A DNA stretch of 64,000 nucleotides. Source: Glaucostegus cemiculus. Lineage: Eukaryota. Of this stretch, positions 37,100-50,400 are shown piece by piece (the first letter of the stretch is position 1; each line of letters begins with the position of its first letter). Where the stretch lies: contig CDPCPM010000107.1 of assembly GCA_976551045.1 (NCBI GenBank), positions 3,100,001-3,164,000 on the forward strand, read 5' to 3'. The notes under the pieces are model-generated. The model did no database searches, was not told the DNA's origin, and saw nothing but the letters and a program-made list of their open reading frames with translations. The translations under genes and the position numbers were made by a program.

Positions 37100-38140
37100 G
37101 CTTACCATTGGTGTGAAGCTAATCTACATAAACAACAGGAAAGTTCAGTCTATGTGCACTCCATAGTCTAGGTCTCTTCAATCTATGCCATCAGGCTGTA
37201 GTCTGCAGATTACACTTGCAATCGTGCTCATTTGGGAGCTGAACTCCAAGTCATTGTCATCTAATTCATTGCTGCATAAAAGAGGAGTCCTTACACTAAA
37301 TATCTGCCAAACAGAGGCCCTCTACCAACTCATCTTTGCTGCATTGCATCATCTCCCTGAAAGTTAAGGTCCATGGCAAGTCCCAGCCAGGAACATATGG
37401 AGCACTTGCTATCCCTCAGAAAGCACTTGCTTGACAACAAATGCAGACATCAAGGATGAAATTCACCATTGCTTTCAGTGCACCAGCACAGCCTTTGTCA
37501 ATCTGAAGAAAGTAGTGAAGATCAACACCTCAAACTTGGCACCGAACTCATAGTTCATAAGGCAGCAGAAATCCACACCCACCTCAACAGTTCAGAGACA
37601 TGGTTTCCCTGAAGCAGACACCTCAAAACATTGGAGAGGTACTGCCAATGACAACTCTACAAAATCTTCCAAATCCACCAGCGGATAATAACCAGTTTCC
37701 TCTCCCAAGCCCATGGTGAGGGGCTCTGATGGTGCTTTGCTGGCACCGATAGATGGGCCTTGTTGTTCCCATGCCTGATGTCAGACTCCCAAGACGAGCA
37801 CTCTGAGCTTCATCACAACAAGAGATGACCAAAAGGTCACAGGAAATTCTTCAAGGCTATTTTCAACCCTCCACAAAAATATAACACCCTCACCAACTCG
37901 TGGAATCTCTGGTCTACAACCAATCAAGATGGATGGCATTGAGCACCTCAAGTCTCTTCATTAGGAGCATGAGGAAGCCCAACAAAAACGGTGGGAGTGC
38001 ACCAATTCCCATACCACCCACCTACCCTGCTGACTCCTGGCAAAGTCTGTGGATCTCACATTGACCTCATCAGCTCCTTCAAGACCCAGAAAACTGAAGC
38101 AAGTCACTTTTGACCCTGAAGGAATAGCCAAGAACAATAC
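37100..38140 (+). mobile_element. RTE-clade LINE 3' part, decayed
   Basis: gcagacatcaaggatgaaattcaccattgctttcagtgcaccagcacagcctttg, agactcccaag, a C-terminal C..C/H remnant, and tail gaagcaagtcac...gacc. Confidence 0.7.
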
Positions 38141-38401
38141 AAGGTTATTTAAGGGGAAGTGAGATGAGCACATCAGGGTTAAAGAAATAGAGGGATAAGT
38201 TGCAGGAATTAGATGATAAAAGGTGGAAGGCAACTGAGAGGAAAATAAGAGCTGCCACGGATCACTTGCATGGAATAGACTGTTTCTGTAAATTCTACTT
38301 TTGGTTGAATAAACTATTTATTCTGCAATTACAGCTTCTTCCACCCTACCAGAGAACACAGGGTCCTCTGATATGGAAAGCTGTATTGTACCTTGCTGGT
38401 A

Positions 38402-39065
38402 TGGAGCAACACGCACAAAATGTTGGGGGAATTCAGCAGGTCAGGCAGTCTCAATGGAGGGAAATAAACAGTCGACATGTCTGGCTGAGACCCTTCATCA
38501 TGACTGGAAAGGAAGAGGGCAGAAACCAGAATAAAAAAGGCCGGAGGAGGAGTCTAAGCTGACAGGTGATAGCTGAGTCCAAGTGAGGGTGGGAAGGTAG
38601 GTGGGTGGGAGAGGAGGGATGTGAGAAGCTGGAAGGTAATAGGCGTAAGAGGCAAAGGGCTGCAGAAGAAGGAATCTGACGGGGAGGAAAGTAAAGGGAA
38701 GGAGGTGGGGAACCAGAGGGAGGTGATGGGCTGGTTGTGAGGGAAGGGGAGGGGAAAGACAAGGGGTGAGGGTGCCACAGGAATAAGGGAAAACAAAGGG
38801 GTGGGGGGGGAAGGTGGGGAAAAAAGTGAATTCCTGTGGCACCCTTATCCCTTCTCTTTCCCCTCCCCTGCCCTCACGTCCGGCTCATCACCTCCCTCTC
38901 ATTCCCCACCTCCTTCCTTTATTCCCTTTCCAGTCCTAATGAAGGGTCTCGACCCGAAACGTCGACTGTTTATTTCCCTCCATAGATGCTGCCTGACCTG
39001 CTGAGTTCCTCCACCATTTTGGATGTGTTGCTCCAGATTCCAGCATCTGCAGAATCTCTTGTCTC
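38402..39065. mobile_element. Fold-back (inverted) pair of Penelope-like termini
   Basis: 38402-38512 is an approximate reverse complement of 38925-39035. An inner perfect 15-bp inverted repeat pairs 38770-38784 with 38830-38844. Confidence 0.85.
38931..38968 (+). ncRNA. Minimal type I hammerhead ribozyme motif, PLE-associated, with a G5A core change
   Basis: CAGTC-CTAATGA-A-GGGT-CTCG-ACCC-GAAA-C-GTC-GACTG: stem I CAGTC/GACTG, stem II GGGT/ACCC, GAAA, palindromic ACGT stem III and a GUC cleavage triplet. Confidence 0.7.
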
Positions 39066-41414
39066 TCTGGTATGGAGGAAATCTTGGAATCTGGCAGTAC
39101 TGGAAAGGTGAGGAGCTTTGGACTTGGACAGAACTGGAAAGATTCCATGGAGTAGTTCATGCAAGGAACCCACTTGAAAATCTGGGTGCAGCAGCACTAG
39201 CTTAGGATGTTCCTGCAGTGATATCATAGAATCAGAAAGTGATTGCACAATTTAAAATATTGCATGCATATATTTCCAGGCATGACTGGATCCCAGGCCA
39301 TATGTCTGGAGAGGAACTATTCTGATGACAGCAAAATACAAGTTAAAAATTGACTTTCCTGCAAAGTACTCCAAATTAGCCTCAGGCTCCTTCCTTACCC
39401 TGGAATTAACCTTTTTCAGAAAACACTTAACAGGGTTTTCTATCAGGCAATTGTGACTAAGCATGAACATTTTATTTTGACCTGTTTAATTTTTTATGGG
39501 CTTCTCTTAGTAATGTTAGCTTTACTTACATTACTTTTATGTAAATTTTCATAATTCATAATGCAAATTAGAAATTCAAACCAACTTCACATAATTATTT
39601 GTCTGTTTGGAATTTATAACTTAATATATAAAAGTAACTTAATCTGTAGTATTCATGCTTTTTCATTTTTTCATATTTAACTGGTGCTTGATAATTTTGC
39701 AGATAATTCCTCACTGATCACTACCTTTTATGCTGCAGACTAATACTGATTTAAAACCATGATGAGTGATCGATTCAAACCAAATAGCTCATGTAAGAAT
39801 TAAAATAAAAATAAGGTAAAAAGGAGGGATTTTGTAATTGGCAAAATATACTTTCCTTCAAAATTACTAATTTGTAAAACATGCAAGTGTCACTGGTGCC
39901 TTAATGAACATTAACCACAAATAACTAAAGGTTACTACTCTATTATTCTGGAAATTAACTTTTTTCCCCTTTGCGCTATTGCTAAAGTAAAATGCCTCAG
40001 CCATTCCTCAGTTAGAGTGGTTATTTGTTTGGATCTCAGTTGGTGTTGCTTTACAACTAGCCATCAGGAGATGCACGAGTGTCGTTCACTATCTAATCCT
40101 TTCATTCTACTTTTGATCGGGAGTCCATTCAGCTACGTCTTTAATGCTCCAGTTGATGTTATTATGATTTTATTATTTGTGAAACATCGTAAGGAAAAGA
40201 AAAATCACATAAATACAATTAGTTACACACACACAGAACACACTTAGCAGCTTAGTTATATTTGGTAAAACTATTTTAGCTGCATATCCAAAATTACAGA
40301 CCAGGATTCCACTATTTAAAAGGATGTATTTCTTTCAAAACCAAAAATAAATTTACTTTACCGTCTCATTAAATATTGCTAATACTTAAATAATTAGGAT
40401 TTTAATCCTCTTGGCCTCTCATTCCACATTAGGGCAGTGCTAAGTGCAAAGGAACTGAGTGTCACTCGCATACCCTGTGGATAGAGTATGAACAAATTAG
40501 GTAAGCAGGGGGCCAGATATGGGTGTAGTCTGTTCAGCCCATTCAAGTTCAAATTATCATCTTTGGCAGAGGGAAGCACTCAGTTTGAAGAGAATATAAA
40601 TTAATAAGGCATACTGTTGGTGGCAAAACAACACTATCATCAATGTTACCACCAACATCACCCATAAAAGTATAAAAATCTTCAAAACAACTGTTTAAGT
40701 TGTTTTGACTATTTTAAAATAAATTAATGAATAGAAACTGCTGCCTTTATTTTTTTGCTCATTTATTCAGTCATTCATTTTTCAGGATACATGACTGACT
40801 AATTCTCCCACACAACCTCTGTTCCCCCCCCCCCCCCCCCAGTCATATTGGGTTCTTCCTGCTGGGTACATCTTAAGAAAATGAAAGCCTGGCCCATTAG
40901 ACATATTTAGCTGATGCTCCAAGTGTAGTCTCTTGTTAAAACTAACCCATTCTGATAGCCGCAGTAAAATTGAACCAGCTTTGTTTTCCACTCAGTTCTT
41001 GGCAATTCTCTGTGTTGCCCCCACTGGTTCAGTCTACAGTTGATGTTCCCATGGGACTCAGGTGGATGCCTCATTAATAATCATATCTTGGGATCCCTTG
41101 ACTCATATAGGGCCCTAATGGCATATTAACTTGCTCATGAATGCAGTATTTGTTGTGAGAAAGGCAGCAAGGCATATGAAAAATACTTTTCATAGAAAGA
41201 TCAGGAGACATCTTCTCCCTCCCCAACCTTGAGACTCTGGTGGACTTTCCTAGATGTTGTAAGAATGCCTCCTCATCACCCCCTTTCCCAGCCACAAGAG
41301 ATGAGCAACTGAATAGCAGCCTTCAGACAAGACCCACCAGTTATAATCTTCTGGTTGCCCAGCACAAGCCTCAGGCAAGAATAAAGTCCAGGGTTAAAAA
41401 TTGACAGTGCTGTG

Positions 41415-41465
41415 CATTTATATAGTGGCTTTAATGTAGTAGAACATCTCAAGGCTCTCAAAGCA
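41415..41465 (-). mobile_element. Deu-SINE/L2-type tail remnant
   Basis: gcatttatatagtggctttaatgtagtagaacatctcaaggc. Confidence 0.5.
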
Positions 41466-44400
41466 TAATCTTACAACCTCCTGCTGTAGTTTCACTGCTT
41501 GCCACTTCCTATAGGTCTGATCTACCAACTAACTCTTACAACTGTGACTATCGTGACCTGTTGGACATTTAAAATTAATTTAGAATTTGAAATGCAATGC
41601 ATTAAATAACATCTATTGTTTCTGCTTTATAAAACATAATTTAATCTGCTGTTTCAAAAAGGATTCTTCCTATATTCCACCACTACTCTTTGGTAGAAGG
41701 CACTATTTGCTCAATAACATTTCCAAATCAATTAGGACTTTCACAGTCAAATAACATTTCAAAGAACAATTTTAACAAATAATATGATCATATAAAAGGG
41801 CATGAAATGGCATAACACAAAATAAATATGACCATGTATTTTAATATATGTAATCAAGTAAGTGCTACTGCCATCAAACTGTGCTCCACAGCTACAGCCT
41901 TCCTCTTGTTCAATCTGATTAAGAGGAATTTTGTGGACAGGTCACTGAATTACCCAGTTCTACAATGACACAACCAAGGTAGTTATCAATTCTTATTCCA
42001 AGTATTGCTTTAACTTTACTACAAACTGTACATTCTGCCATTGTTGTTTGGAGTCTTTTTGATGAGGCAACATCTGCTGTATAGGCTCAGCTACTACATT
42101 AAGAATTAATATTACAAAAAAATGGTAATGTGGCAAGAAACAGATTACCATCTTTGAAAACTCCTACACCTGTCATGCTCTTAGATAAGGTGCTAGTATG
42201 CTAATACACTCCTTAGAGGGTTAATCAATGAGGTCCATCAGCTTCAGCCAGACTCCTCCTACTTCTGGCTGCAGCAGGCAGACTGTCACATTCCTCATTT
42301 TTATCAGTGAGTTTTAAATTGCCCAGACAAACAAGCAGAATGAATGAGCTAGAAAAGGTCACACCTGGCGTGTGGTCGGCCTGCTCCCTATGTCCAAAGC
42401 CCCACCCACAATTCTCCAGGTTTACGCCACTCTGTCTACTTCTCTTTTGTGTTTCCTTCCTCCCCCAGCTGTTCCATTCAGAAACCGAGGCTCAGCAATC
42501 TGCCCTCCTGAAACTACTTATTAAGCCAAGCTGGCTCAAAAGACAGGCTCAGCACGTGCCACTTCTAATCTATCCAGTTTCAAAATCCAATTGCGTGGTG
42601 CTTAAAAAACAAAACATAAATGGACTTAACTCTCATTGGCTTCCCTGAAGCAATTCAAACAAAAGCATGAGTGACAAAGACATTCTCCAATATGGCAGGT
42701 GTTAGTCTCAGATTCAGCCTCAGGCACACAACAAAAGTATTAGCTTTCAGTTAAAGCTCAGACATGCAGAAACAGGGAAGTACCATTAGTACAGCAGTAT
42801 TGTTAGTGCAGCTACCTAGTCAGGTGTTAATTCCCAGCACCACTTGTTCCAAAGCGCATCACCGCTAATTAGGAGCAATAAGGAATAGCAGGGCCAACTA
42901 TGCTAACAGCATAAAGAATGTTTATTAGTAAAGTGCAATGAACAAACTGGTTGAGACATAGTGTGACCAATGTAGTGACAGCTTACCTTTAATAATAACT
43001 GTAATCAGATGTTTAAATATTTAAATCTGAAGAGAGAAAAAGAAAAAGACAAAATATAAAATGAAGTGGTTACAAATCATTGTTCTGTGCAAAAATACCA
43101 TAAAACAATTTTGGTGACAGAACAACCACTTAAATGCTGCAGTTTAAAACTGAAAGAAGCTTTCAGTTAGAAATATTTAGTAATCAATTTCACCAAGAAT
43201 TTAATCACTAACGAAAACCTTCAAATAAATTCACAATTGATGTTAAAATACATTACAGAATTCAAAATAATTTAAATTTACCAATTCTTATGACATATTC
43301 TTAATCATGTGAATGCGTTTTTTTATATAAAAGATCAACATGACAAATACACCAACTTAAACTTGTTTATTATAAGTTATATATAGACTGTTGGAATTGA
43401 TTCTAGTTGACATAGAGGGTGGGCTTTGCTCATTGACTGCTCTCCACATCATATTAATTTCTTATTAGATGCACTCTGAAAAAAGATTAAATATCTAAAT
43501 AAAGCTTGTAAAATATTATGAAAGAATATAAACAACTGCACATAATTCTCAGCCATTCCAAACCCTGGCACTACATTAAATGCAACCTGTGTACTTTTAA
43601 GCATTTTCTTAACTTTTCAAGTGAAAACTATACTACAATTTGGGGGTGAGGCTGCTTTTCTACCAATTTGCATAGAGATATTTCTAATGGTTGTTTTTCA
43701 ATAAAAACTATCACATTGAAAGCATATGAAAATAACACATGCAACTTCCAGGTAAACAATTAAACAGGGTACTGTGTTATGAAAAGAAAGTGATAATTAA
43801 TAATACTTGTCAGTTGTAAACCATCTTCCCTCCTGGGAATAGCAGTGGAGCCCTGCTGTGTAATTTCAGCACACTCCAATCTGAGCAATTGTGAAGAGGT
43901 CTTTTGTAATGCCAAAGAATAATGATTTCTACTGTGCACTGTTAAAACTTCATAACAACAACGGTAATTAGGAATTTTAATCAGCAACAGAGGGCTGTTT
44001 TTTTTTTGCTCTTTCTGCTCAATGCTGCATAAAATACAATTTTGAATCATCTCTTTCAGAAAGAACACATTGGTAACACTATAATGTATGAAATTGGATT
44101 GGCTTTGTTTTACCCGAGCTACGGCTTTCAAACATGCATTATGGATGAACCACAAATAATTGTGTAAACAAAACCTGAACAACTAAGCTGCGGTCTTGGT
44201 TAAGATGTAATTAAAAGTAACGAACCGTGCTGCACAGTAAGATTAAACCTTCAGCAACACATCCTCTGAGCCCTTTACTGGTCACTTTTGTTAAATTTCT
44301 TGTGGGTTTCCAGCACAACAACCTTTATTTGCCTCAATTATAGTCATCAAAATATTACTAAAAAAAGGTAAGTTCATTTTGTTTTAAAATGAGCATATAA

Positions 44401-44769
44401 ACCTGAAATTTTCATCTGTTGTTTTAAAGAATACTACAAATTACAATTAGATAACATTTGCTAAACATGCAACCTACTACTTTAAATAAAACTTAAGTTT
44501 CATCTAAAATTTTAGCAATGCTTTTTTTAAATTCCTACTACTTTTTTTTATAAAAGGCTCATTGCTCACATGGTGAAATGTTGTTAATATTGAAAATAAT
44601 ACAGGATGTGCAAGAGAAACCAGTATTTCAGGAGAGATGCTAAACTGAGAATCTATTTTATCCTTCAGCACTTTAAAGTGCAGCAAAGTTCTTGTAGTGT
44701 CCAAGTTGAAACTAGTATTTTACCTGAATTATTAACACTGAAAACTGATTATCTTGTTATTTAATTCTT

Positions 44770-44890
44770 TTTTGTGTGGGACCTAGTTAGCTGGCATAGT
44801 TTGACACACAGAGTGGCCCCTATATGTCAAGAATACTCCAGTCAGCGTGAAACAGCTTTCGAAAGGAGCTACATGATGAGTTCTCTTTCT
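44770..44890 (+). mobile_element. Degenerate Deu-SINE-like 3' remnant
   Basis: ttgtgtgggacc...tcaagaatactccagtcagcgtgaaacagcttt...gaaaggagctac...gttctctttc follows the Deu-domain/tail pattern. Confidence 0.4.
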
Positions 44891-45427
44891 TGATACACTC
44901 TATGCCAGTGGGTATGACACCCTTCAGATTGCTGCAGTGATGGATGTGATAGGAAGCCTATAAAATCACTACACCATATGCTGGGAATTGGGAATTAGGG
45001 TCAGGCTGTAGGTGAATGGGAATTTGCACCACTAGTCTTGTACAGCCTGCAAGTTGATGAAACACCAATATGAATCATTCGAACAAGTCAACTGCCACAA
45101 ATCAACTGCTTGTTCAAAGAGGAGCACTGCTTAACAATTTGGAAAATTCAACAGTACCTTTTCAAATTAATATCTCATTATACTGGTTCCTCAAGAGGGT
45201 GCATGTTGGATCCAAATAGAATAGACTCTGCAAAACATAACGAACTGCGGGTCTGGGGAAATCCATATGGCAGTTTGAATGGTTCAATGAAAACTGCAGC
45301 AATGCCGTTTACAAATGACAATATAAAATTTGTACAATTATGAACTGTGTGTTAATGGTCCAGACATTGTCTTCTTGTGTTACTTCAGGCAATGATTTTT
45401 GGCAAGGACAGAAAAGCCCCAACTCAC

Positions 45428-45465
45428 CTTCCTATAACAGGTTCATGGAGACAGTGTTATAATAA
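45428..45465 (-). other. Candidate 38-nt stop-containing cassette exon of RALGAPA2 (would add VIITLSP*)
   Basis: Acceptor gctcattttacag| and donor AAG|gtgagt. There is an in-frame TGA if it is spliced after the 62632 donor. Confidence 0.3.
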
Positions 45466-47377
45466 CTGTAAAATGAGCACTTAAAACTGCATAGCATGTT
45501 TGTTCAATGGTATGATTAAAAGGTTAAAATTCAAGTCTATTGAAACTGTGAATGTAAAGGTGATTTACACCATTACATTCACTGTTTCAATGATGCCATG
45601 ATAGTGCATTATGTAAATATATTAGTTAGTGAACTATTAGGCCATGGAGTAGACAAGCCTCTTATATGATCAGAGTTCTGCACAGAAGTGGTGTTAAACT
45701 TTCTTTGTTATTTCTACTCCTGATCGTTATCCAGCTTCTCTGACAGAAGGAGCTATATAGAAGTCAGGAGAAGGCAGGATTGGGTTTGGCTGTGCTGCCA
45801 ATATATAGCCCATGAACACACAATCTCCAAGTTGGCATGCCAAGAAAGATTACTTGAATGAGTTATCATTTCCAGAAAGTCATGCAAACAAATATTTCAT
45901 ATCTATATTAAACACCAGTGCAGCTGTATCATCAAGTTTGTGGAGCTGTGGGGAATACTTGTTATATTGAGAGAAGTGTCAGCATTTTCCTGGTAAGTAG
46001 CATTTTCCCTGAGTTAAAAATAACATCATTGGAACTGCACAATCAGTGGAGCCAGGGAATGCTCTAATGTACTGAAGAAATTGAGTTATACAAGATGCAT
46101 GATGACTGGAGTTGTTTAGTTTAATGTTTTCAGTAATATACACTTCCCAATATGGTCACAAGTTTATAAGGTTTAAAAATATTCTTAAATGCTTATCTAG
46201 TCACTTAAAACTTCAATTTACTATAAACAAATTCTTACATGATCAACTGAAACACTACAACCCAATGTAAGAGTTCATAAGTATTTGTGGAGACATTTTC
46301 AGCCTTATCAAGTACTCCAGAAAATGAATGACAGGGCAGGTACATTGTCCCCCTTACGTACTTATAGTGGGTTGAACACAAGAGTGCTCACCTCACTGCA
46401 TCATGCTCTAGCCACAGTCTGGGCTTTCGACCTTCCCATGTTTTCTCATGTCCACTTCAGTATTGTTTCATGAAGACCAAACAGGATCCAAGATTTCATC
46501 CATGCAAACTCTATTAAACTGAAGCTCTCATATTTTTTTAGGAAATAAAGTTAAACCTGTTGTTGACAATAATTTTAACAAAACTATATGTAATGATTTG
46601 GAATGTGAAATATTTTAAAGCAGTATGTAAAATTTTCAATGGCAAACAAGGTTTATGTAGTGTGAACAACATCAGCTGCAAATTTCCCCTTCTGCCCACA
46701 CATTCAGTAATATATAATAAATGATCACAATAGGGGCAAATTCTAGTTTGCATGACATATGGCTTAGATATCAACATTTAAACGTCCAAGCTAAGTAACT
46801 TGCTTTAATTTTTTTTTGAGGCTGTGCATTGTGGAGTGGATGAAGACCCACTTCATTCCAAGGTTATTCAACCTAAACCACCTGACAGAAAATTGAAGTC
46901 AATAAAAACAGAAGTTGGCAGAATATTTAACAGGCAGACAATCTTGTCCTATCAGTTTCCTGCTGATGGGGATAATGTTTATCATGCCCCATAGGTGTTT
47001 TTCAATTCTGATACCACATAGAGATGCCTTGAAACTACAACTACTAATATCAAAAGCTATGGGAATGAAGGAGGATTTTTTTAATGCAATTTTCTAGACA
47101 AATAAAAGTTATAGCTTATAATTATTTAAAGAAAAACACAAGTTGCAAGTAGGTACTAAAAGATAACATTAAAAATATGTCGTCAAACTCAGAACTGTTT
47201 AGTTGATCTTTAGCTTGCAGCAATGCTTGATGCGAGTGATGTTGGTTTAAACATTAACGTAAAGCTGCAGAGTTCAAGAAAGTTCAAATATGAAAAAAAT
47301 GAATTTACAAGCTTAACACATTTGTCTGAAAGAAGCAACAACATCTTGAAAAATGAAAACTGTACATATTGTTCAAT

Positions 47378-47473
47378 AAAAACAAACTGCTGGAGAAACT
47401 CAGCAGGTCAGGCAGCATCGCTGGAGGGAAATGGATGGTCAGCATTTTGGGTCAAAACCCTTCATCTGGAGAT
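47378..47473 (-). mobile_element. Penelope-like terminal remnant with a decayed hammerhead
   Basis: ctgctggagaaactcagcaggtcaggcagcatc...ttttgggtcaaaacccttcatctgg. Confidence 0.75.
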
Positions 47474-50400
47474 ATTGTTGTTTGGTTTGACTTACTTGGC
47501 TGTTCAGACAAAGCTCATCTAGTATATGCTCATCCAGCACTACACAATCCACAACAGAAGCAATGCGGTGATACGCTGCAGATGATAATGACAGAAAAGT
47601 AACTTGCAATAATATGGAATCACCAGTGTCTGCACGATTCCAAGACAGGACCACTGACCTATCAGAAAGTCACGTTTTGAGACTTGCTGCAAGTCATGAG
47701 CATGTAATCTAAGCTTCCACTCAAATGCAACTCAGAGTGCTGAAAGCTTGGACATGCTAGCTCTCTGATGTGTCATATTTACTAACACAGCATAAACGAT
47801 TTTGTGGGGCTGTTTAAAGTTGAGCATTGAAGTGCTCCTGATCTGCAATTAGTCCTCAACATATTAAATTATCTAATATGTAATTGCTGTCTGGGGCCTT
47901 CTCCATATGAAATTTAGTTGCCCTATTGGCCTACATAATGAGAGCAATTATATATTTAAATATTTCATTGATATTTTTGGCAGTTTTATGGAATGTCAAG
48001 ATGATTGGTACTAGATTGCTGTGAGTTCTTTTTTCTTGAATACAACATGGTTGGGCATTGGTTGGTGAGGGGCTGGGGAAGAGGCAGGGGAGAAAATTGT
48101 TGGCTTTAGCAAATACAGAAAGCAAAACAGAAATACCCCCACCCTGAATCACTAGCCTATCATATCATCAATAGAGAACAAATGAATGAAAAGAAAAACA
48201 TGTTTTTATGTCACAGCATAACTTGTGACTAAGGAAGACCATTCAAAAGATGAATTAAGACATGACTATTTGTTTAATGATAAAAATACAAAGTGATCCC
48301 AAGATGAATGGATTTTTAAATTGACTATGGCAGTTAAATAGGTCAGCCCTTTTCAAGCAACAGAGTCACCTTATAATGAACAGATGCGCACTAATATGAC
48401 AAAGATTAAATCAGCTTCTCCACAAGGCAAGTTAAAACACAGGTTGTGCATAAGATGACAATGTTGAGACTGGAGACTTCAGGTCTTCCACTTAAAGGCT
48501 GCTGGGTCTTTTACTCCTTATTTATAACAGAATGGCAGTGAAAAACAGAACTTCAATTTCCTTTTTTCTATCAGCAATGAGACAGAAATAAAGAGGTATT
48601 CAGATTGTAGGACTAAAAAAGCACAAGTCTTTCCATATTATGCACTTTGGAGACTTGTCTTTTATAATGAAATATGCAAATTAACATTTATTTGCTCAAC
48701 TTAATTTGAGTTCATTTGAAAATCCACAATGTGTTCTTCAAGCCCTCCTGAACAGGAACTTAACACCCAAGAATATTAAATTTCTCTACGTGCCAAATTT
48801 AAAGGATGAATAATACACTGATGTAGTAATTCAAACTCAGTTTGAAATTAGTTGCATCTGTTCTAATTGTACGATACATTAGTTTTTCTCCTCGTATGGC
48901 ACCAGAAAGTTTGCTGTTTTTCAATCACACATTTGCTAAGGGATGAAAAATGTTCACCTTCAATATTGGTTGTACTGTATAATCAATTTTACCAAAATAA
49001 GCATATGTTTACTTAAATAGTAGCATAATTTTCACACACGTACACATACACAAACTTAAATATAACAATATTAACTAAACCTTAAAAAAAGTTATTTGTA
49101 TCGAATAAGGGTTCTGAGGATAAAAGGAGTTGTCATACAAATACAACTTCCTCTCAATTACGGTTTTTTTATTGCTACGTGGAGCTTGGTACAACACACA
49201 TATGTTACGAGTTTGATGCCTATAAGAACTGGGTCTCTGTTATGTTGTCATCAGGAAAAATGAGTCATCTCTGGTCATTATCAATCTTCAATTGGGCTTT
49301 CGAAGCAGAAAGATTTCTAGAATCCCAACTTGGGTTCAATTTAAATCAAAATCACAGAGGTAAAGGCACATTTCAATAAATCATTTAGACACCCAAATTT
49401 ACTTCTATTCAACAAAGCAGGATGTGTATTAATCAGAATTTGCATAGTATTTTGAAAATTAATGGTTTCTCAGTCAAATACAAATTTAATTTAATTTGAT
49501 TATTTATCAAATCACACCAACTGTGTCTTTTGAAAAAGGCACTAGAAATAAATGGTATTGATTAGTGATTTGTAGGCTTGTTCCAAATTACCTTGATTAA
49601 AAATTAAAAATACTTTCCTGTGAAATTTGGACAGCATATCCACCATGTTATTATGGATAATGAAATTTACAAATTAGAGTAAATGTATCATTATGTAATT
49701 ATACTTAAAAATGAGGGCATTATAGAGGATAACTACTAATCTACTCAATTGATTATTAAAAAGTATTCCAGCCTAATATTTGAATATTATCTCATGGTAA
49801 CTAAGCTCCTAATAGTTATTTATAACTAAAGGTCCATGTGGTAAGGTCTGCAGTTATAGAGCAGCTATTGTCAAGAAGATAATATACCCACTTACTTTAA
49901 CACGTAAACACAAGCCAAATTATGCATTTTAGACATCGGGTTCGAATAAACACAGGCATTCATTTGTTGGTTCAAATACTCTGTTTTTTGTGCTGAAGTA
50001 CTCAGCAGTATCAATATATTAATTGGTTTAGTCTCCTAATTGGCCAACAAATCTTATAATTCTCAACAGATCACATATAGGACAGTTTTATACTTATTAT
50101 ATTAGTTCCTCTTCTTTAGGTCCAGACACTTGCTGTGAAATCTAATGATCATTCTGCATTTCTGAGGTTACAGTATAGGCCATTCCAGTGTGAATGCATA
50201 TTTATCCAGCTGCACCTTTTGCATGCGTTTCTTTTCTCAACAGTCACCAACCCCCCAAAGCCCTGGAAGTGTACCTCTGAATTACAGCATTTGGTTTTGG
50301 ATGTACAAGTTTCTTTTCCAACCAAACAATCACCTCCTAATTTATGAACAGTTGCCTCTTGGATCCAATTCCCCCAATCTCCACTATCCCAAATATTTAG

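Noticed and set aside
38451-39248. Cluster of overlapping Pro/Ser/Leu-rich ORFs
   Set aside because: By-products of the purine/pyrimidine-biased Penelope terminal repeats.
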